The notes under the pieces were generated by a model. It saw nothing but the letters and a program-made list of their open reading frames with translations. It ran no database searches and was not told where the DNA came from. A program made the position numbers and the translations under genes. 57,839 bases of DNA from an uncultured Eubacteriales bacterium (GTDB lineage: Bacteria > Bacillota > Clostridia > Oscillospirales > CAG-272): NCBI GenBank assembly GCA_900546315.1, contig URCP01000005.1, forward strand, positions 1-57,839. Reading direction: 5' to 3'. Below, piece after piece: positions 53,436 to 57,839 of the stretch (position 1 is its first letter; the number at the start of each line of letters is the position of its first letter).

Positions 53436-53464
53436 TTGACTTTTGCGCTTTTAACTGGTATAAT
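53436..53464 (+). promoter_or_regulatory. Promoter of the third SBP gene
   Basis: TTGACT, 17 bp, then TGgTATAAT. Confidence 0.6.
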
Positions 53465-53525
53465 TTTTGTATACTATATTGTGCCGGAACGACAGAACAC
53501 AAAAATAAAGGAAAGGAACACAAAA

Positions 53526-54986
53526 ATGAATATCAACATGAAACGCGCAACCTCCATGCTTCTTCTTGCCGCCATACTCACGGCGAGCGCGTCCTGCGGC
53601 AGCACACCATCCGGAAACAATGACATTACGGACGGTCAGGAGCAGTCCACAGAAACAACCTCCGGTGAAACCACATCCCCGCTCTACGACCTCGAGAAAA
53701 AAGACTACGGCGGACGTGACTTCCATATCTCGGTCAACAAGAAATACGAGGACGAAATGTGGGTCGAGGAAGAGAACGGGGACGTCTGCAACGACGCCGT
53801 CTACAACCGCAACCTCAAGGTCGAGGATTATCTGAACGTAAAGATAAAGACAGTACCGTCCGAAAGCGAGACGGTTCAGGTGTCGGATATATCGAAGAAC
53901 CTTATGGCGGGCGACGATGTATACGACCTTACCGCCGTCTATACATGGCTCGCGGGCGGGCCCGCGCTTCAGGGCTTCTACTATTCATGGAAGAACGTCC
54001 CGGTCGTCGACTTCTCGAAGGAATGGTGGGTCACTGACGCCAACGAGGCGTTCAACATAAACGGCAACCAGTTCGTCGCGGTCGGAGACCTGTCGATCAC
54101 CACACTTCTTCTGTCCTACGCGGTGTTCTTCAATCAGCGCATCGCCGAGGCTAACCAGTTCCCGGATCTCTACCAGACCGTACTTGACGGAAAATGGACT
54201 ATAGACACGCTGATCGACCTGTCAAAGGATATGTATCAGGACATAAACGGCGACGGAAAGACGGACGAGGGCGACTCCTACGGCTTCGCGGCGGACAAGG
54301 TAACAAACCTCGACGCGTGGACCGCGGCGTTCGATATCCCGCTGATCAAAAAGGATGACAAAGGTTCACCTGCCGCGTGCATAGACCTCGGAAAGACACA
54401 GACCGCGATAGAGAAGGTCTACTCGCTCTACTACGACACCAAGACCTACCTGGCAAGCGGCGGCGGCGAGGAAATCAAGGTCTTCGCGGACGGAAACACC
54501 GCGTTCCTGACCACATGGATAAACAACTCGTTCAGCACCCTGAGAGCGATGAAGGACGATTACGGCATCCTCCCGTACCCGAAGTTCGACGAAAATCAGA
54601 AAAACTACTACTCAAACTCGATGGACAACTACTCGCTTCTGTCTGTGCCGAAGACGGTTCAGGACACCGAATTTGTCGGCAGAGTAACCGAGGCGCTCAC
54701 GAGGGAGAACCACTTCTCGGTCGTCCCCGCGTACTATGACGTCGCGCTGACCTCGAAATACGCCCGCGACGAGCAGTCGGTCGCGATGCTCGACATCATC
54801 ATGAACGGACGTATGTACGACTTCTCTATCCTTCACTCCGGCGAGCTCTCAAATCTCCCGTATCTCTTCCGCAACATGATAAGGGACAAAAAGACCAACA
54901 TCGCGTCAGAATACGCGAAAATCGAGACAAGTGTCAACGAAGGTCTGAAGAAGCTGACTGAAGAATACGCCGCGCTCGGAAACTGA
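53526..54986 (+). CDS. LplA-like extracellular solute-binding lipoprotein (orphan)
   Basis: Lipobox SASCG. Paralogue of 39160-40647. No permease genes are adjacent. Confidence 0.8.
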   Translation: MNINMKRATSMLLLAAILTASASCGSTPSGNNDITDGQEQSTETTSGETTSPLYDLEKKDYGGRDFHISVNKKYEDEMWVEEENGDVCNDAVYNRNLKVEDYLNVKIKTVPSESETVQVSDISKNLMAGDDVYDLTAVYTWLAGGPALQGFYYSWKNVPVVDFSKEWWVTDANEAFNINGNQFVAVGDLSITTLLLSYAVFFNQRIAEANQFPDLYQTVLDGKWTIDTLIDLSKDMYQDINGDGKTDEGDSYGFAADKVTNLDAWTAAFDIPLIKKDDKGSPAACIDLGKTQTAIEKVYSLYYDTKTYLASGGGEEIKVFADGNTAFLTTWINNSFSTLRAMKDDYGILPYPKFDENQKNYYSNSMDNYSLLSVPKTVQDTEFVGRVTEALTRENHFSVVPAYYDVALTSKYARDEQSVAMLDIIMNGRMYDFSILHSGELSNLPYLFRNMIRDKKTNIASEYAKIETSVNEGLKKLTEEYAALGN

Positions 54987-55057
54987 TCTCTTTCAGCTTC
55001 TATTATACCATTCAGAGCGTCAAAAGTCAAGACAGAACTGAACGATATGAAACAAAA

Positions 55058-55083
55058 CGCCCCGGCACTCTCGTGTCGGGGCG
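55058..55083. terminator. Bidirectional terminator hairpin
   Basis: CGCCCCG-12 nt-CGGGGCG. An A-run precedes it on the plus strand, giving a U-run for the minus-strand ADH transcript. Confidence 0.65.
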
Positions 55084-55117
55084 CTGTTCACTTCACGCTG
55101 TTTTCAGATTCAGACAA

Positions 55118-56341
55118 TCAGAAGTCAACCTCAGTGTCATAGTAGCAGCACTTGAGCAGCTTCTCCATCTCCTCCTGCGAGGGCTGACGCGGGTTGGAGC
55201 CGGTGCAGGCGTCGGCGATGGCGTTCTTCGCGATCTCCGGGAGTCTCTCGAGGAAGACGTTCTCCGGTACAAAGCCGGTCTCGGTCGGGTAGCTGTCCTT
55301 GCCGTAGTGATTGATGCTGTGCGGGATCTTCAGCTCGTCGTTCATGCCGCGCAGGTACGCGATGAGAGCCTTGACCTTGTCGTCGTCCGACGCGCTCTTG
55401 TCGGCGATTCCCATTCTGTCGACAATGTAAGCGTAACGCTTCTTCGCGGTCTCGTCCTTCGCGTTGAAAGCGATGACCTTCGGGAGATACATCGCGTTCG
55501 CGGCTCCGTGGATGATATGTGCGCCGTAGTCCGCGAAAGCAGCGCCGGTCTTATGTGCCATCGAATGAACGATACCGAGCAGAGCGTTCGAGAACGCCAT
55601 TCCGGCGAGGCACTGCGCGTTGTGCATATTGTCGCGGGCGGTCATGTCTCCGTTGTAGGACTTCACAAGGTCGCGCTGAATCATCTCAATCGCGTGCAGA
55701 GCGAGCGGATCGGTGAAATCGCAGTTAGCGGTCGAGACATAAGCCTCGATAGCGTGCGTCATGGCGTCCATACCGGTATGAGCGACGAGCTTCTGCGGCA
55801 TGGTCTCGGCGAGCTCGGGGTCGACAATCGCGACATCCGGCGTGATCTCGAAGTCAGCGATCGGGTACTTGATGCCCTTCGAATAGTCGGTTATGATCGA
55901 GAAAGCCGTGACCTCGGTAGCCGTGCCGGACGTCGAGGAGATAGCGCAGAAATGAGCCTTTCTGCGGAGCTTCGGGATTCCGAAGACCTTGCACATATCC
56001 TCAAAGGTGACTTCCGGATACTCGTACTTGATCCACATTGCCTTCGCCGCGTCGATAGGCGAACCTCCGCCGATAGCGACTATCCAGTCAGGCTGGAACT
56101 TAAGCATGGCGTCCGCGCCGCGCATGACCGTCTCGACAGACGGGTCAGGCTCGATGCCCTCGAAGAGCTGAACTTCCATTCCCGCTTCCTTCAGGTTGTT
56201 CACGACCTTGTCGAGGAAACCGAATCTCTTCATGCTTCCGCCGCCCGTACATACGATAGCCTTCTTGCCCTCGAAGGTCTTCAGCGCGTCAAGCGCGTCC
56301 TTTCCGTGGTAAATGTCTCTCGGTAAAGTGAATCTTGCCAT
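55118..56341 (-). CDS. Iron-containing alcohol dehydrogenase
   Basis: Fe-ADH motifs GGGSPIDAAK and HTGMDAMTHAIEAY. RBS AAAGGAAG. Confidence 0.85.
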   Translation of the reverse strand: MARFTLPRDIYHGKDALDALKTFEGKKAIVCTGGGSMKRFGFLDKVVNNLKEAGMEVQLFEGIEPDPSVETVMRGADAMLKFQPDWIVAIGGGSPIDAAKAMWIKYEYPEVTFEDMCKVFGIPKLRRKAHFCAISSTSGTATEVTAFSIITDYSKGIKYPIADFEITPDVAIVDPELAETMPQKLVAHTGMDAMTHAIEAYVSTANCDFTDPLALHAIEMIQRDLVKSYNGDMTARDNMHNAQCLAGMAFSNALLGIVHSMAHKTGAAFADYGAHIIHGAANAMYLPKVIAFNAKDETAKKRYAYIVDRMGIADKSASDDDKVKALIAYLRGMNDELKIPHSINHYGKDSYPTETGFVPENVFLERLPEIAKNAIADACTGSNPRQPSQEEMEKLLKCCYYDTEVDF

Positions 56342-56403
56342 AGTGTATGACTTCCTTTCAAATCTTTTACTCCGGGTGATTCCGGTTTTTATCTTGTGTT
56401 AAA

Positions 56404-56432
56404 ATTATAACACACATTTCCGGGATTGTCAA
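56404..56432 (-). promoter_or_regulatory. Alcohol dehydrogenase promoter
   Basis: Minus strand reads TTGACA, 17 bp, then TGtTATAAT. Confidence 0.6.
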
Positions 56433-56546
56433 TAGCCTTTTTTATATATGCGTTATATACAAACTGATAGCATGATTTACTGCCGATTAAATAAATAATA
56501 ACGGTTTTTGAAGCCGCTTTATTACTCGTTTATCGCAATATACGAT

Positions 56547-57701
56547 TCACAGACGTGAAAAGAAATCTTCATATCCAAACCGTCTCAGAACCTCGCACAC
56601 GCCATTCTCACGTTCAATGACTATATCCGGAAGCGGCATTCCGTTGAAAGTGTGCGTCTTAACCATCGTGTAGATCGCCATGTCGCCGAAAGTCAGACGG
56701 TCGCCGACCCTGAGCGGCTCCGCGAAGCCGTAGACGCCTATGACGTCCCCGGCGAGACATGTCTGGGAACCGATTCTAAACTTCACCGGCAACTCGTCTG
56801 AAGCGCCATCAAGCGGCGGTCTGTACGGCATCTCGATCACGTCCGGCATATGGCAGGCGGCGCTCGCGTCGATTATCGCGGTCGGTATCCCGGTTCTGTC
56901 GGCGGGACGGATATCAAGCACGGTCGAGATCAGCACTCCGGCGTTCAGCGCGACAGCCTCTCCGGGTTCGAGATATACCTCGAGCCCGCGTTTCTTCATC
57001 CGTTCAATGCACCTCTCAAGCCTCGGAATGTCATACCCATCCCGCGTGATGTGGTGCCCGCCGCCGAAGTTTATCCACCGGAGCCCCGGAAGGTCGAAGA
57101 GAAAACCGAAACGCGACTCCACAGCGTCAAGAGTAGTCTCAAGCGCGTCGCTGTCCTGCTCGCACAGGGTGTGGAAATGTACGCCGTCGAGCATTCCGCA
57201 CAGCTTCCGGAACTTTTCAGGAGAGAGAGAAGCGAACTCGTCAAGCCTTGTCCCGAGACGGCTTCCGGGCGCGCATGGATCATATATCTCATGTCCGTCC
57301 TGAGTCGAGCACTCCGGGTTCAGGCGCAGACCTACGCTCTTTCCCGCCGCCTTTGCCCTCTCGCCGTATCTCTCAAGCTCCGACAGGCTGTTGAAGACTA
57401 TATGATCGGCGTATTCAAGTATCTCATCGAACTCGTCAGAACGGTACGCGGCGGAGAAGACATGACACTCCCGACCGGGCATCTTCTCATGTCCTAGCTT
57501 CGCCTCAAAAAGCCCGCTCGCCTCCGTGCCGTCGAGATACTCCGAGAGGATATCGTAGACCTCATAGTTCGAAAAGCACTTCTGGGCGAGCAGGACACGG
57601 CACCCGGTGCGCTCACGCAGACCCTTTATTATCTCCCCGTTGTGTCTCAGCGCGCTCTCCGAGATCACGTAGCACGGGGTGCGGAGGTTGTCCCTTGTCA
57701 T
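56547..57701 (-). CDS. nspC: Carboxynorspermidine decarboxylase
   Basis: Overall NspC-like sequence (TPCYVISESALRHN..., PLP-dependent decarboxylase fold). Its start overlaps the upstream stop (TGATG). Confidence 0.8.
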   Translation of the reverse strand: MTRDNLRTPCYVISESALRHNGEIIKGLRERTGCRVLLAQKCFSNYEVYDILSEYLDGTEASGLFEAKLGHEKMPGRECHVFSAAYRSDEFDEILEYADHIVFNSLSELERYGERAKAAGKSVGLRLNPECSTQDGHEIYDPCAPGSRLGTRLDEFASLSPEKFRKLCGMLDGVHFHTLCEQDSDALETTLDAVESRFGFLFDLPGLRWINFGGGHHITRDGYDIPRLERCIERMKKRGLEVYLEPGEAVALNAGVLISTVLDIRPADRTGIPTAIIDASAACHMPDVIEMPYRPPLDGASDELPVKFRIGSQTCLAGDVIGVYGFAEPLRVGDRLTFGDMAIYTMVKTHTFNGMPLPDIVIERENGVCEVLRRFGYEDFFSRL

Positions 57702-57839
57702 CAGTCGACGGTCACCGGTGAGAATGTCTCGCTGAACGGAAGACCGTACTTCGAGAGAGCGTCAAGGTACGGATCCGGATCGAACTCCTCGACCGTGTAA
57801 ACTCCAGCCTTATCCCACTTTCCGGTGAGAAGCATCAGC
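57701..57839 (-). CDS. Carboxynorspermidine synthase / saccharopine dehydrogenase-family protein, C-terminal fragment (truncated by the window edge)
   Basis: Translation reads ...LMLLTGKWDKAGVYTVEEFDPDPYLDALSKYGLPFSETFSPVTVD*. The call rests on this tail and on the conserved pairing with nspC. Confidence 0.55.
   Translation of the reverse strand, partial: LMLLTGKWDKAGVYTVEEFDPDPYLDALSKYGLPFSETFSPVTVD

Noticed and set aside
1-57839. Searched by eye for CRISPR arrays, tRNA/rRNA genes, transposase, integrase or recombinase genes, toxin-antitoxin pairs and known defence-system genes.
   Set aside because: None found. There are no spaced direct-repeat arrays and no T-loop/acceptor-stem patterns; the GTTTCGAATCCA at ~985 lies inside prmC. 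No ORF carries DDE, tyrosine or serine recombinase motifs, or nuclease/helicase defence motifs.

Overview
This 57.8-kb window looks like a chromosomal segment of a moderately GC-rich, anaerobic Firmicute, probably Clostridia. Evidence: ddl-murI, an LtaS-family gene, lrgAB, nrdDG, a YesM/YesN-type two-component system, and many near-consensus TTGACA-17-TATAAT promoters in AT-rich spacers. I saw no rRNA, tRNA, CRISPR array, transposase, integrase or phage genes. Coding content falls into three groups. (i) Housekeeping: prmC, ddl, murI, fba, acyl-ACP thioesterase, nrdDG, ispD, manA, and polyamine genes nspC plus a partial carboxynorspermidine synthase. (ii) A glycan-utilisation archipelago: GH29 fucosidase, GH10-like, GH2, a large GH-like protein, five AraC-family regulators, a sugar-sensing SBP/histidine kinase/AraC-type response regulator trio divergent from mglBAC, and three LplA-like orphan solute-binding lipoproteins, one of them a decayed pseudogene. 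(iii) An operon in which two ABC exporter halves, each with a homologous N-terminal module ending in a zinc ribbon, bracket a DUF1854-like protein and a SAM methyltransferase. Non-genic structure worth a second look: an 89-92 bp MITE-like hairpin element in three copies, with terminal inverted repeats, 4-bp flanking duplications and a compensatory stem change. There is also a second about 90-bp hairpin plus pyrimidine-tract repeat in two inverted copies. Kilobase-scale tracts of extreme, opposite G/C (keto/amino) skew cross gene boundaries and switch codon usage inside genes. Other items are three tandem consensus promoters firing out of the left edge, a 2 x 69 bp tandem repeat, a terminator-bracketed candidate sRNA, and an unannotated 57-codon N/Q-rich ORF with its own RBS and terminator. 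All functional calls rest on my recognition of motifs in the translated ORFs; no database search was run.
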